Source of the DNA: Terrimicrobiaceae bacterium
GTDB lineage: Bacteria > Verrucomicrobiota > Verrucomicrobiia > Chthoniobacterales > Terrimicrobiaceae
Direction of reading: 5' to 3'
Assembly (NCBI GenBank): GCA_041752695.1
Contig: JBGSVZ010000047.1
Span: 65,299 to 129,298 of the forward strand
DNA: 64,000 nt
In this document: positions 36,031 through 46,800 of the stretch, piece after piece
Layout of the letters: every line of letters starts with the position of its first letter
Numbering within the stretch: the stretch's first letter is position 1
Notes under the pieces: generated by a model
What the model was told of the DNA's origin: nothing
The model's input: only the letters and a program-made list of their open reading frames with translations
Database searches by the model: none
Program-made: the position numbers and the translations under genes

Positions 36031-37431
36031 ATGGGCACCGCCTCTCTCAAAAAATACCTCACGCTTTCTGCGCTTTGCGCCCTCCTGGCGGGCACGCTGC
36101 ACGCGTGGCCGTATTTTGCCGCCCCAGTTTCTCAGCGCGCTCTTTACGCAGCGGCGCGCGGTGTCGCGTCGTGGCAGGGGTTGGACGGATTCGGCCAGGC
36201 CTCCTGGATGGATGCCCTGGCAGCGCGGTTGTGGCGCACGGGAGGAACTGGCGCTCTGGCTTGCGGAGAAGGTCTGGCCGTGCTGGCCTGGTGGACGCTG
36301 GCGGGCTTCGTCGCTTTGGGCGTGGTTGGAGCGGGTCTGCGGTGGGTGAAGTCCCGCCGTGTCCGCGGAGGAATTATTGCGGTCGCGGTCGCGGTTCTGG
36401 TCGCCAGCGCGGCCCCCGCCCTCTGGCGGGAGTCGTTCCTGCGCGGTGAACCCGTGCGAGACATCCGTCTCCAGATGGCGACGGAATTGGCCGAAGCCAT
36501 TGGCGGAGTCAACGACGGGGAGGTTTTTGCCAATCCCACGACGCTCTCCCAATTTCTCCTTTTCGCGCCCGGTGCCGTGGGAAAGATCCTCCCCCCGCAA
36601 TCTGCCGCGCTTTCCGTCTCTCCTCCGGCGTGGCGCCAAGCCCTCCGCGGGTCGCGCTGGAAGGCGGTCGCGCTCTCCGGACCCATCGGGGAATTCCGCC
36701 CCCTGCTCGACCATCTCCTGATCTCGCCAGATTGGCGGCTTTCTCTGGTCAGCAATCACGGGTATCTGTTTTTGCGCGAATCGGGCACCCCGGTGAAATC
36801 GATCGACCCGATGGCTCTCCGACTTGGCAGCGACGGGGAAACCGCCATTTATCTCGCGCAGATCGCAGAACGATATGACGCCATCCGTCGTCCGGCGGAC
36901 GCAGTCAAGTGCCTCGACCGGGCGCTGGAACTTGCTCCGGAAAATGTCACGGTCCTCTCCCATGCCGCCACATTTGCCGCCGGCCGCAAACGCTGGCAGG
37001 ACGCCCTCGCCTATAGCGCGCGGGCTCTGGCCCAGGCCCCGGGTTCCGTCCACGCCAAGCTGGTCCGATCCCTGGCCCTGCTCGAAACGGGGGAAGCCCG
37101 GGAAGCCCAGGACCTCTGCGGTGAGGTGCTCGCCGAGGCTCCCAACGACCCCTACAGCCTCTTTCTCTACGCCCGGATCTGCCGGGCCCTGAATGACTAC
37201 GCACAGGAGTCCTCCACCTTGGAGCGGCTCGTTGCGCTCACCGAACAGTCCGGCCTCCCCACGATCAACTACCGCATCTACCTCGGGCAGGCTTATGCCC
37301 GACAGGGACAACCGGAACCCGCCTTGAAAAACTACCGCATCGTTCTCGACAGCGGCCTGCTGCCCCCTGACCAGGCGGACGAAATCCGCGATGCCATTTC
37401 CGCCATCGAAGAAAACGCCCCCAAGGAGTAG
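36031..37431 (+). CDS. Membrane protein with C-terminal TPR repeats
   Basis: N-terminal hydrophobic segments; TPR-like ALELAPEN, ALAQAPGS, YLGQAYARQGQPEPALKNY. Confidence 0.8.
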   Translation: MGTASLKKYLTLSALCALLAGTLHAWPYFAAPVSQRALYAAARGVASWQGLDGFGQASWMDALAARLWRTGGTGALACGEGLAVLAWWTLAGFVALGVVGAGLRWVKSRRVRGGIIAVAVAVLVASAAPALWRESFLRGEPVRDIRLQMATELAEAIGGVNDGEVFANPTTLSQFLLFAPGAVGKILPPQSAALSVSPPAWRQALRGSRWKAVALSGPIGEFRPLLDHLLISPDWRLSLVSNHGYLFLRESGTPVKSIDPMALRLGSDGETAIYLAQIAERYDAIRRPADAVKCLDRALELAPENVTVLSHAATFAAGRKRWQDALAYSARALAQAPGSVHAKLVRSLALLETGEAREAQDLCGEVLAEAPNDPYSLFLYARICRALNDYAQESSTLERLVALTEQSGLPTINYRIYLGQAYARQGQPEPALKNYRIVLDSGLLPPDQADEIRDAISAIEENAPKE

Positions 37432-37665
37432 GTGGGGGAAAAATATTGCGACAAATGGTCGGCATCGCCCTGCCATCCGTCGTTTGGAGCTCTTGGTGTC
37501 GCCTGTCAGATCGGAAAACATCACTACCGCAAACTGGCGAAACGCGCATGTTGTCGAAAGACATGCGCCCAGAAGATGGCTTCTTCGGAATCCCCATCCC
37601 CGCGCGAAAGCCTGGCGGAATAGCGCAAAACACAGAGCCTGTCGTCCGAGGAAAATCCACACAGT

Positions 37666-38139
37666 TCACAATGCCATTCGACGAAGTCGGGGCCAGCATC
37701 GGTTGGAACCGAATAGGAAACCATCGCATTCCCCTAAGCCAACAGCCTGCAACTCACGAAGAACACGACCTGAGACACCTAGATCTCAGCGATCAATCAA
37801 AAATATATCCGAATTAAATGGTTGTCCCGATATCTTTAGCCAAAAGAATTTAGGAAGCGGTTGTGGGTGTTCCGGGTTGACGATAGCAAATTGGACTTCC
37901 TTACTTACAATGCAATTCTCAAACTCTACCCCTGTAACACCCTGCGACACAAGACGACTCTTCAAGTCATCTCTCATTGCGTACTGCCGAGCATTTGTAA
38001 TCAGCGCATCCGGCCAACAATATGCATCGAAATGCAATGCAACCATCATTCGTCGTCCATTTTCTTCGAAAAAATGTGTTTGGTCACCAAATACGGCCGG
38101 CCTTTGCGGCCTTAGAATATAGAAACCATTCGGAATCAT
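37666..38139 (-). pseudogene. Orphan immunity-protein paralogue interrupted by an in-frame TGA at 37786-37788
   Basis: GVTGVEFENCIVSKEVQF..PLPKFFWLKISG aligns with GATGVSFAPCLVTKSSQF..PLPVYFWMVVCG of 38271-38696; similarity continues past the stop (DLGVSGRVLRELQ vs KLTISERIATVFR). Confidence 0.7.
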
Positions 38140-38270
38140 CTTACAAGCAGAAAAGCTAGCTTCGGACGTGATCGTTGACCTGAGTAGCATGGTCGAAGTA
38201 GGCACCGTTCTGCATTGGGCGCTTTTCTGGAGTCTGCTTTTCCTCCTAAAGTCCCGGCTTGGGAAAGATT

Positions 38271-38696
38271 CTAAAGAGGTACTAGATCGAGGTCTTGAAT
38301 GTCAAGGTTGCGGAAGACAGTGGCTATTCGTTCTGAGATCGTCAGTTTGTTGAGTGAGTCAAGGCCAAAGTCATCTGTTCCAGACCGCCCGCAAACCACC
38401 ATCCAAAAATATACAGGAAGAGGGCTGGTCAGTTCAGGAAAAATTTCTAAAAACTGTGAACTCTTGGTCACAAGACAAGGGGCAAAACTCACTCCAGTGG
38501 CACCAATACTCTCCAGTGTGGAGCGGATAGCTTCTGATACTGCATAAATTCCGGCCGTCTCGAAAGCTTCTTCTGGCCATTCATCCATGCTGAAATGGAT
38601 GCGGGCATCCGCGTCATATTCATTTCGTTTGCGTGGCAATACAGCATCATCCGAAAAGGCTCCACCGTAAGGAAGGATTGCGCGAAAGTAGTTCAT
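38271..38696 (-). CDS. Putative cognate immunity protein of the upstream toxin (Imm11/Imm43-like)
   Basis: 141 aa, AT-rich, ATGA overlap with the toxin stop; VSExxRxxLExxGxTG..YFW..G..GxDDFG..LxISER pattern resembles nuclease-toxin immunity proteins. Confidence 0.7.
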   Translation of the reverse strand: MNYFRAILPYGGAFSDDAVLPRKRNEYDADARIHFSMDEWPEEAFETAGIYAVSEAIRSTLESIGATGVSFAPCLVTKSSQFLEIFPELTSPLPVYFWMVVCGRSGTDDFGLDSLNKLTISERIATVFRNLDIQDLDLVPL

Positions 38697-41600
38697 CTCA
38701 CTTCCGGAATAAAGAGGTTTCCATAAATGTCATCCACGCCGGTTGCGTGGTCGAGAATTTCCTGGCGAGTTGGCCACTTAGATTGGTCGTCAAAGGGGTG
38801 TTCGTCGAGAAAATCTTTCCAGTAGTCCCGATGAATCGCTCGCCGATGTAATGTTCGTCCGTCCGGCAATTCGTACCCAATCCTCAATCCTCGCAAGTTC
38901 TCCAGGGAATGAATTTCAGCTTCCGAAAACAGGGTGTTGTAAAGTTTCAGGACCTCCTGAGGAACTGCGTGATGCACTTCAATTGAGGGCCTCTCTGCTA
39001 AAGATATTTGCTTGTTGTTGTCAAAGAAGAGGGAACGGTAGTCCCATTCGAGTTTACCCGAGTATTGATTTATCCGATAGTAACTAGGGTCAGCTCTGCC
39101 AAGTGTCACCGGGATGCGAGGAGGACCAGCAAGTTTCGGTTTTGAGACGGCCTTAGAGGCGCGGAGCATCGAGATTCCTCCCTTTACCATCGTGCCAACA
39201 ACAACCGCCGTTCCAACGGTGGCCACCGTCAATTCAGCGGATTTTTTCCCGGCGTCAAAGTAGAGTCCCTGCTGAGCAAAGGTAATGGACTCGTCGTTCA
39301 TCACCTTGAGCCCCCAAACGGGTATCATTTCCGCCAGTGCGGTTTTTGCCTCTTCGCTCCCTTGATTTGCTGCGATTACGGTGGCAATCAGCCCTTCTGC
39401 TGTCCGACTTGCAGCAAACACATTTGCGGCCTGCCCCACGGCGAAAACTTCGCTGCACAAACCCCAACCATATCCAATTGAAAGCGCTTCTTCGACAGTC
39501 AGTTTGTTCTCATCAACTGCGGTATCGACGTAATTGCGCAGGAAAGTTTCGGTGCTATCAAAAACCTGCTGCTGCCAAACACCGGTTACGCGGTCTCCAA
39601 TCGGCTTGAGGATCGCGAGGATTCGCTGAATTGAAATGGAATTTCCCGTATCTGCTTGCGCCAACCTCGAGAGATCGAACACAATTCCGGGACCGAATTC
39701 TTCGTGGGCTTCAGCGAGGTCGATGAAAAATTCCCGGCCATCAACCTTGGTTGTGAAGGCCAGGAAACTTTCTTGCTCCGAAAGATCAGCAAGAGTGTTG
39801 ATCAAGCCCGCATAGCTGCCTGCCAAACGTTCCTGGGTACCCGCATCGCTTGCCCCATCCACGGACTCAATGAGAATGCGGGTGACCTGCTCTTGGAGAT
39901 TTGCCTTTTCTTCCGCCGTGAGGTTGAGGCGGTCGGTGTTCTCCAGAATAAGTTTTACCTTCTGAGCCTCTTCGACTGATTCCTCAAGCCAAAGGCTTGC
40001 CCGGAACCCATACTGCTGGCGCTCGATAATTGTCCCGGTAGGTTCAAAAGGGATCGAGGCCGAACGCTGCCCCGTGCGCTTGAATTCCATGAGCGCGCGT
40101 GCAACGACCTCGTTCTTGAGGGAACCAGAGAGGTTTCCATTTTGACTTGCGACCGAAATCTTTACCTCGCCCATCGTGGCGTCGAGCACCGCGTAAGCCT
40201 TGCGTGTTACGACTTGGACGGTGTCTTCGAGTTCCGCGTCGGGATTGATCGAGATTTTTACCCCGACGTTTAGGACCGGATTTGTATCGTTCACCACTGC
40301 CATTCCGGCGGCAGAGAGATTCACGGTGGCCTCGCCGCTTCCGTCCAAAACAACCTGGTTGGAGCCGTTGAGCCCACTGACCGCAAGGCCGGTGCCCTGG
40401 GTAAACTGACGGCCAACCGAAATGGCAAGAGAATCTACCCATCCTTGAAAAGCGGTTCCTACCAAAACAGGATAGGTCCCCTGAACAGGGGTTCCGGTGG
40501 CCTGGGAAGTAGAGGATTCTCCGCCGACCGAAACCGTAAGGATGCCTCCCGCCCCGTACTGGCCGCTTACCTCGTACCATTGGCCGAAGGCCACGGTCGG
40601 ACCCGTCACGGTCTGTGCTCCCGAAGAAGTCGTGACCGTGAAAGTTAGCCTGCCTTGGTTGTCAATCGACAATTCATACTCGCCGCTCTTTGCGACGATG
40701 CTGCCTCCAGTGGCATCGGCATAAATCCAAGCGCTGACTTTGAAGTCGTCTTCGATCCGAAGTGCGGGGCTGTCGGCGATAGAAAGTTCGGCGCTTACAC
40801 CATCAAAGTACAACGACGCGAGTCCTTCGTACTTTCTGACCGTATCGAGAGTTGCGGAGGAAACTGTCGCTGGAAAGGAGCCGACTGAATCAGGCGTCTG
40901 ACCTCCGCTGATTTCATCCATCAGGTAGCGAGCGCGATAGGTGGGCTGATATTGACCAAATAGAACCGTAGCGGTTTGACCGGAATAACCCGGTGCTTTG
41001 ACGCGAACGGGGGTGTTTGTCACGTAGGGAACCGCCTGGGTGGTTCCGTCAAGCCTGACAACGTCATAAGTGCCATCTGCCGTTGCGTCGCCCACAATAA
41101 CTGGATTGTCGGCTTCAACAGAAATGGGGGATGAAGACGTAAAGGCAACTTCTGTTCCCTTGAGGACGCCTCCGACACTGAGCGTTACCAACGCGGTTCC
41201 GATTCTCCCGCCGCCTGCTTTGAGGGTGGCGACCGCTTGTCCATTTTGGACGACAGTCTCCGCATCAAGGATCTGTCCCTTTGAAGTGAACCATCGAATT
41301 TTTGTCCCGTCGGAGACGTTCGGGAGATTTGCGGTGAGTGTTGCACTCTGGCCCGTAGCGATATCGAGCGTAGGGGCGCTCGACGAGAGGCTTGGCTGAA
41401 TGGCAAGATTCTGAACGGTCTCAACGACCTCGAACCCGCCAGCCTCAATCCGCACCTTTTGGTCTGCTGGGACATCGCCAGCAACGAGTACCGCGCTTGC
41501 TTTTCCGTCAGCGGCAGTCGCCTCGATATTGGGAACAATCTCACCGAGTCCCTCAAGGTGCCAGACAACAGGGGTATGTTCCGCAACCGGCTGGTCGAAC

Positions 41601-43762
41601 TGATCCTTAAAGGTGGCCACAAGAATCATGTCACCCGTGCCATCGGCTTGAAGGGTCGTCGTTGATCCTGCCGTACCTTCCTCACGGGCAACGGTGATGG
41701 ATGCGGGGAACCCAGGGACGACGGTGATCGAGCCTGTAGTTAGTTCAAGACCCGCAATGCCGCCTGTTCCTGGATCGAACTCAACTGGCGGGTCTTCTTC
41801 GTCCTCGGCTGGGACAAGGAGTTTTTTTACACGGGCTTTGACCTTGTAGGTGGTTCCGGCCACCGTCGAGGTAGTTAGAGTCGTCGAGGCAAAGCCATCA
41901 ACTGTAGTGGTTTCGGATTCTGAAAGGGTTCCGTTTCCCTGGACGATGGACCATTCGATGATAGAGCCGTCCGCAACTCCGCCAATGGCTGCGGTGACCT
42001 GAACCGAAGCGAGATCGGCATTGACGGAATATTGCGGGGGATCGCTGCCTGTGACTTCGGGATGTGAAATGGAAAAATTGACGGGCAGCGATTCCACAAC
42101 GATTTTCCCATTCACGGTCGGGAAGCGCTCTGCCACGCTCACTGTGTAGGGATCTGTTTGAACCGCCGTGCCCGTGTAGCTCTGAACCGTGGTAATTTGG
42201 CTGGCGGGAATGCCAGTCAATCCGGGATCATTCGGGTTGTCGGGTATGAACGTTTCAGACCAAAAAATATTTCTGACATTTGATGAGGGGCCAGCAAACT
42301 TCCAGCGATACTGCATTTTGCTTGCGCTGTAGTTGAGCTCATTAGCGCTGAGGGCATGGATGCTTTCCTTCGGGACGGTGGTGAAAGTGCCCGTAAACGC
42401 AGGCATTGTCGAAAGCGTTTCCTGTTTGAAAAAGGGTGTCGTATTTTCATTACTCAGAACCTCTGATGCAGTCGCTGCCCCCACAAGTGTGCCCGGCGCA
42501 CCGAGAATCGGGTCCCAGCCAGGAGCGTTCCACGGCATAGCGGTCGTGCGCGACGTTGGCGTGGGAGTTCCTGTGACGGTAACCGCGTAGTAGTCGAGTG
42601 TGCCCCATTTGGTGCTGAAGGGAACCGCTCCTCCCGTGAACCGGTTGATAACGGTGATTCGGTTGCCAAGTTCGGTGATGTCGGGATCAAACGGCTGCAC
42701 CGTTCCGATGTAGTTCGGATTCCATTCTACAGTCTGGAAGAGGAACTTTTTGGGAGGCGTTGTTGGGATGAATGAGTCAAAGCCATGTTTGACAAGGCTC
42801 GTGCTCGCAGATTCGCTTTCGAGGGTCAGTTCATCGTTGTCGGGAATTCCGTTTTCGTTTGAGTCATTTCCCGCGGGATTGGTGCCCTCGGCGATTTCTT
42901 CCGCATCCGGCAAAATGTCGCCGTCTGTATCATCCGAAAATGGGTTCGTGGACAAACCGTTGGTGAGTTCGTCGTAGTCTGAATAACCATCGCCATCCGA
43001 ATCCGGGGTCGAAATGGCCAATCTCCAAAATTGTCGCTGACCGGGAGGGTTCTCCAATGGAGCGCCAAGCTTGACCGTAACAGGCGCGTTTGGCGGTTGC
43101 GCGAGCATTGTGGGGAACGACGTGCGGAACTCCTCAAGTTTGTTCGACTCCGCTTCGGGAAGCGCAGAATTCAGGGTGTACGGATCTGCCTGAAGATCGG
43201 AGCCTTTTTTCCAGAAAATTTCCTGATTCGCTGTGGTGAGATGGCCGCTTGGAGCGAGTGCTGTGACCGCCTCGGGAATAACTTGGCGGTACATGTTGCC
43301 GCCACTTGACCAACTAACTGCCGTCCCATCGGCACCCAGGGGTTCGAGGTAGTAGAAGGTGGCTGGGGACGGCGCGGAAGGAGAAGCGGGGTCAACGAGA
43401 ACAATGGAGACAGTTGAACCCAAGCCCTGAAGGGTGGTGGCGGCTGAAGTCCAAGTCGTTGAACTTGAGAGGGTTCCAGTGGATTGAAGTGTGTAATGGA
43501 CGCCAGCCTCAGTGGTCGAATGGAAGAGCCATCGGTCAGAAGGTTCCACTTCGATGCGTGTTTCCGGCGCAAGCGGTTGCGCCAGGGTGATTCCACATGC
43601 CAAGAAAAGGAGTAGGGCGGAAAAAATGCTAACACCAAGTTTAGACAGGGAGTTCCCAACGCTCCAGAGAAGTGGGGCAACGGTGGGTAAAGCCCGTGCC
43701 TGATAAGGTGTTTGGGAAATCAAAACACGTGGAGAACAACAGTGAGCTAAGATCAGTGTCAA
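38693..43762 (-). CDS. Large polymorphic toxin: signal-like N-terminus, TSP3-like Ca-binding repeats, Big-1 Ig domains, LamG domain, helical region and C-terminal His-rich (AHH/DUF2380-like HNH-fold) putative nuclease
   Basis: DSDGDGYSDYDE..TNP..DTDGD; LQADG..ATFKDQFDQPV (Big-1); SLYFDG..FKVSAWI..QWYEV..FQGWVDSL (LamG); IEVHHAVPQ..IHSLENLRG..LH..PTRQEILDHA. Start uncertain (TTG 43762 or 43723). Confidence 0.75.
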   Translation of the reverse strand: MTLILAHCCSPRVLISQTPYQARALPTVAPLLWSVGNSLSKLGVSIFSALLLFLACGITLAQPLAPETRIEVEPSDRWLFHSTTEAGVHYTLQSTGTLSSSTTWTSAATTLQGLGSTVSIVLVDPASPSAPSPATFYYLEPLGADGTAVSWSSGGNMYRQVIPEAVTALAPSGHLTTANQEIFWKKGSDLQADPYTLNSALPEAESNKLEEFRTSFPTMLAQPPNAPVTVKLGAPLENPPGQRQFWRLAISTPDSDGDGYSDYDELTNGLSTNPFSDDTDGDILPDAEEIAEGTNPAGNDSNENGIPDNDELTLESESASTSLVKHGFDSFIPTTPPKKFLFQTVEWNPNYIGTVQPFDPDITELGNRITVINRFTGGAVPFSTKWGTLDYYAVTVTGTPTPTSRTTAMPWNAPGWDPILGAPGTLVGAATASEVLSNENTTPFFKQETLSTMPAFTGTFTTVPKESIHALSANELNYSASKMQYRWKFAGPSSNVRNIFWSETFIPDNPNDPGLTGIPASQITTVQSYTGTAVQTDPYTVSVAERFPTVNGKIVVESLPVNFSISHPEVTGSDPPQYSVNADLASVQVTAAIGGVADGSIIEWSIVQGNGTLSESETTTVDGFASTTLTTSTVAGTTYKVKARVKKLLVPAEDEEDPPVEFDPGTGGIAGLELTTGSITVVPGFPASITVAREEGTAGSTTTLQADGTGDMILVATFKDQFDQPVAEHTPVVWHLEGLGEIVPNIEATAADGKASAVLVAGDVPADQKVRIEAGGFEVVETVQNLAIQPSLSSSAPTLDIATGQSATLTANLPNVSDGTKIRWFTSKGQILDAETVVQNGQAVATLKAGGGRIGTALVTLSVGGVLKGTEVAFTSSSPISVEADNPVIVGDATADGTYDVVRLDGTTQAVPYVTNTPVRVKAPGYSGQTATVLFGQYQPTYRARYLMDEISGGQTPDSVGSFPATVSSATLDTVRKYEGLASLYFDGVSAELSIADSPALRIEDDFKVSAWIYADATGGSIVAKSGEYELSIDNQGRLTFTVTTSSGAQTVTGPTVAFGQWYEVSGQYGAGGILTVSVGGESSTSQATGTPVQGTYPVLVGTAFQGWVDSLAISVGRQFTQGTGLAVSGLNGSNQVVLDGSGEATVNLSAAGMAVVNDTNPVLNVGVKISINPDAELEDTVQVVTRKAYAVLDATMGEVKISVASQNGNLSGSLKNEVVARALMEFKRTGQRSASIPFEPTGTIIERQQYGFRASLWLEESVEEAQKVKLILENTDRLNLTAEEKANLQEQVTRILIESVDGASDAGTQERLAGSYAGLINTLADLSEQESFLAFTTKVDGREFFIDLAEAHEEFGPGIVFDLSRLAQADTGNSISIQRILAILKPIGDRVTGVWQQQVFDSTETFLRNYVDTAVDENKLTVEEALSIGYGWGLCSEVFAVGQAANVFAASRTAEGLIATVIAANQGSEEAKTALAEMIPVWGLKVMNDESITFAQQGLYFDAGKKSAELTVATVGTAVVVGTMVKGGISMLRASKAVSKPKLAGPPRIPVTLGRADPSYYRINQYSGKLEWDYRSLFFDNNKQISLAERPSIEVHHAVPQEVLKLYNTLFSEAEIHSLENLRGLRIGYELPDGRTLHRRAIHRDYWKDFLDEHPFDDQSKWPTRQEILDHATGVDDIYGNLFIPEVR

Positions 43763-43801
43763 GGAGCATTCTGTGAAAGCTTTTCCGAAAACAAAGTTTG
43801 T

Positions 43802-46800
43802 TCACACCGAATCCTGGTAATGCGCATTCAACGCCTCTTGCAAGGCGAGGATGGCGGCGATGCGGCGGACGTGGTGGGTGAAATCCTGCGCTTCTTCGCC
43901 CGTCAACGCGCGACCCAGCAAAGCGCTCTCGCGGTAACTTAGCCATTTTTTCAGCACTTGGTAGCCCCCGAGGGTGTAGGCCCACACGGGAGCGGGCACA
44001 TCTTTCCAGCGGGTGGTGGCGTTGAGATGGATGTCGAGGAAGCCTTCCCCGCGGGTGCCGCTGCGCACCATGCCGGGGCCGGGCATGGTCACGCCGCCCT
44101 GTCCGGCGTAGCCCCAGCGGGCGGCGATGGCGAGGTCCGGGTCGGTTTTCTTGTGGTCCGGGCCGGGGGCGACGGTGAGTTCGCCCAGGCCTTTCAAGTC
44201 CGCGCGCACTTTGAGGTCGGTCACGCCGGGAACGGGCGTTTCGGGATCGAGCAGGGCCGCGATCGAATGCCCCAGCGCGGCTCCGGCGCGGAGGGTGGAG
44301 GCGGCCTTAGGTAAGGGCACGCGTGGCCAGTCTTGGCGCAACGCCCCGGCATTCTCCTCGCGGTAAAGCGGCGCGTGCAGCACGGCCACGATGTGGAAAA
44401 ACAGGTCCTCCGCCCCGCACTTCAATCCTGCGAGGTAGGATTTGGCATGCTCCGTTAGATTTGGCTGCGGACCGCTGGGGTTGTCGCTGGTGAAGAGGTC
44501 GGGGTGGGTATTGTCGGAGGATATATCATTGCTAATTGGTTTCAGAAAGAGAGGAAAAAAGCTGCTGAATCCATTGCCAAAATTATCAGGTAAAGCAGTT
44601 ACGACATAGCCACGATCAAAATCCGACTTCACTTGGCGCTGTCTTGCTTCAATGAAGATATTCCCCTTGAATGCTTGGGGAAAAATATCAGGGCTCTTCT
44701 CGCCCAGCAGCTTTGTTTCGGGCTCCCAATATACCCAGCGAATGTCGAACGGGCGGTATGCATATCTGACCACATGATCCGCCAAAAACCCTCGCTTCAA
44801 AAGATACTTGCGAACCTCGTGAGGGTTGAATCTTTCGGTCTTTTCCATCGCTCGCGGATACATTCGTGCGATTCGAGAGTCGGACACAGTGTGATCAAAG
44901 TAATCTTGGAGCCGCTTGAGTAGCTCCTCTTTCTCGTAGGCTATAACGAAGTCGTCGCGCTTTGTTTGCACGCCCGGAAGTAGCTTAGGAAGTAAGGAGG
45001 GGAGTGATGGCCAAGCGTGATACTCCGCTTTCATTCCCATGGGCACGAACGGTAGGCCAAATTTAATCGTCGGCTTCAGTCCCAGCAATGGCTTCGTTTT
45101 TTCAAGCGATTCCGCCAACTCGCCCCGCTTCTCCTTCCCCCACCAATGCCGAAACCCGAGTTCAGCGTGCGGAGTGTAGGCCGTGGGGTCGGCGGCAAGC
45201 GAACGAGATTTGCCGTCGGGCCAGCGTTCCATGAGGGCGATGGCCGTGCCGACTTGGATGCCTTCGCGGTTTTTGTCGGTGGAGAAAACGCTGGGGTCGG
45301 GCTGGCCGTCGGGGGTCTTTTTGCCGGTTTTGTATTTGTCGCCGTTGAGGCAGTCGATGGTGATGGAATCGAAGACTTCCATGTATCGCTCGCGCATGCC
45401 GGTGTGGGAAAGGCCGTCGAGCCAGGAGTAGTTCGAGACGTAGCAGACGATGCCTTTGGCATCGGGGCGGGGTGGGCCTGGCTTGAGTTCGTCGGACTGG
45501 GGGACGCCTTCGGCGATGCGGCGTTCGGCCATGCGGAAAAAGCGGATGTAGAGGTCGTTGAGGCCCTGGCCCTGGGGTTTCGGGGCTTGTTTGGTCTCGC
45601 GGTAGGCTTCGCTGAGGTTGCGCTCTTCCTCGACGGCGAGGCCGGCGAAGCCGTCGTAGGGCGGGTTGCCGAGGATGACGAGGATCTGCTCCTGTTGTTT
45701 TACCTGGTCGGCGGCGTCGCGCTCTTCGGTGAACTCGGAGAAGGGGAGGTCTTTCGGAGACTTAATGGGCACCCAGCCGGTGAGGGCGTTGGTGAGGTAA
45801 ACTCCGGCGCGTTCGTCGTGTTCGTGATTGAGGGAGGCTCCCCAGCGGGTGAGCAGGAGATCGATCTGGAGGTGGGAGACGACGTAGGGGGCGGGCAGGA
45901 GTTCGAAGCCGTAGAGGCGTTTCTTGGCCACTTCGCGAATCTTGAGGGCGGCCTGGGCCTCACCGTAACCCTCGACGAGCCGGCGGTGAATGAGGCGGAG
46001 ATTTTCTACGAGATAGGCCCCGGTGCCACAGCAGGGATCAAGCACGACCACACTGGGATCGGCGAGGCCGTCGGGGAGGTGGAAGTTTTCCCGCAGTGCT
46101 TTGTCCACGCTGCCGACCATGTAGCGGACGATCTCGGGAGGGGTGTACCAAACGCCGAAGTCCTTGCGAAGGTCGGGATCGAACTCGGCGAGGAAGGGTT
46201 CGTAGAAATACTGCACGGCATCGCCCATGTCGTAACGGGCGAAGAAACCGGTCCGGTCCACGCGGACGAGGCATTCCTCGGTCCAGTCGAGGACTTCCTC
46301 GAGGTCGAGGGCGCGGACTTTTTTGGGATCCCCGGCGAGTTGGACGAAGAGGGTGCGGAGGATGGGCAAGCCGAGGTATTGGGCGGAGAGCCGCCATTGG
46401 AATCGGTCGCCGGGCGCGGGGTGGGATTCGTGCCAGAGCACCCAGGCGGAGAAGATGCCGTAGAAAAGCGTCTGGATGAGGGTGGATTGAAAGAAATGGA
46501 TACCTTTTTCGCCCTCGAAACGGACACCGAGAGCGTCACTGAGAGCTTGCTTGACGGGTTCAAGCGTGCCCATGGGAGCAACCTCGACGCGGGCGCGGGC
46601 TTCGCGGGCGTAACTGGCGAGGAAGGCGGCGAGATCCTGCGGGGTGGCGATGCGGGCGGTGCTGAGCAGGGCGCGGCGGAGGAACTGCCAGAGGCGCTCG
46701 TGTTCGGGATGTTTGGGGTCCTGCCGGAGGGTGTGGACTTTGGCCCAGAAGGCCTGTTCATTCTCGGCGACGACGTAGCGTTCCCCGGGGACGGGTTTGC

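Noticed and set aside
37432..37730. Short ORFs downstream of the interrupted immunity gene (e.g. 37524-37724)
   Set aside because: No recognisable similarity to toxin tips or immunity proteins; may be decayed sequence.
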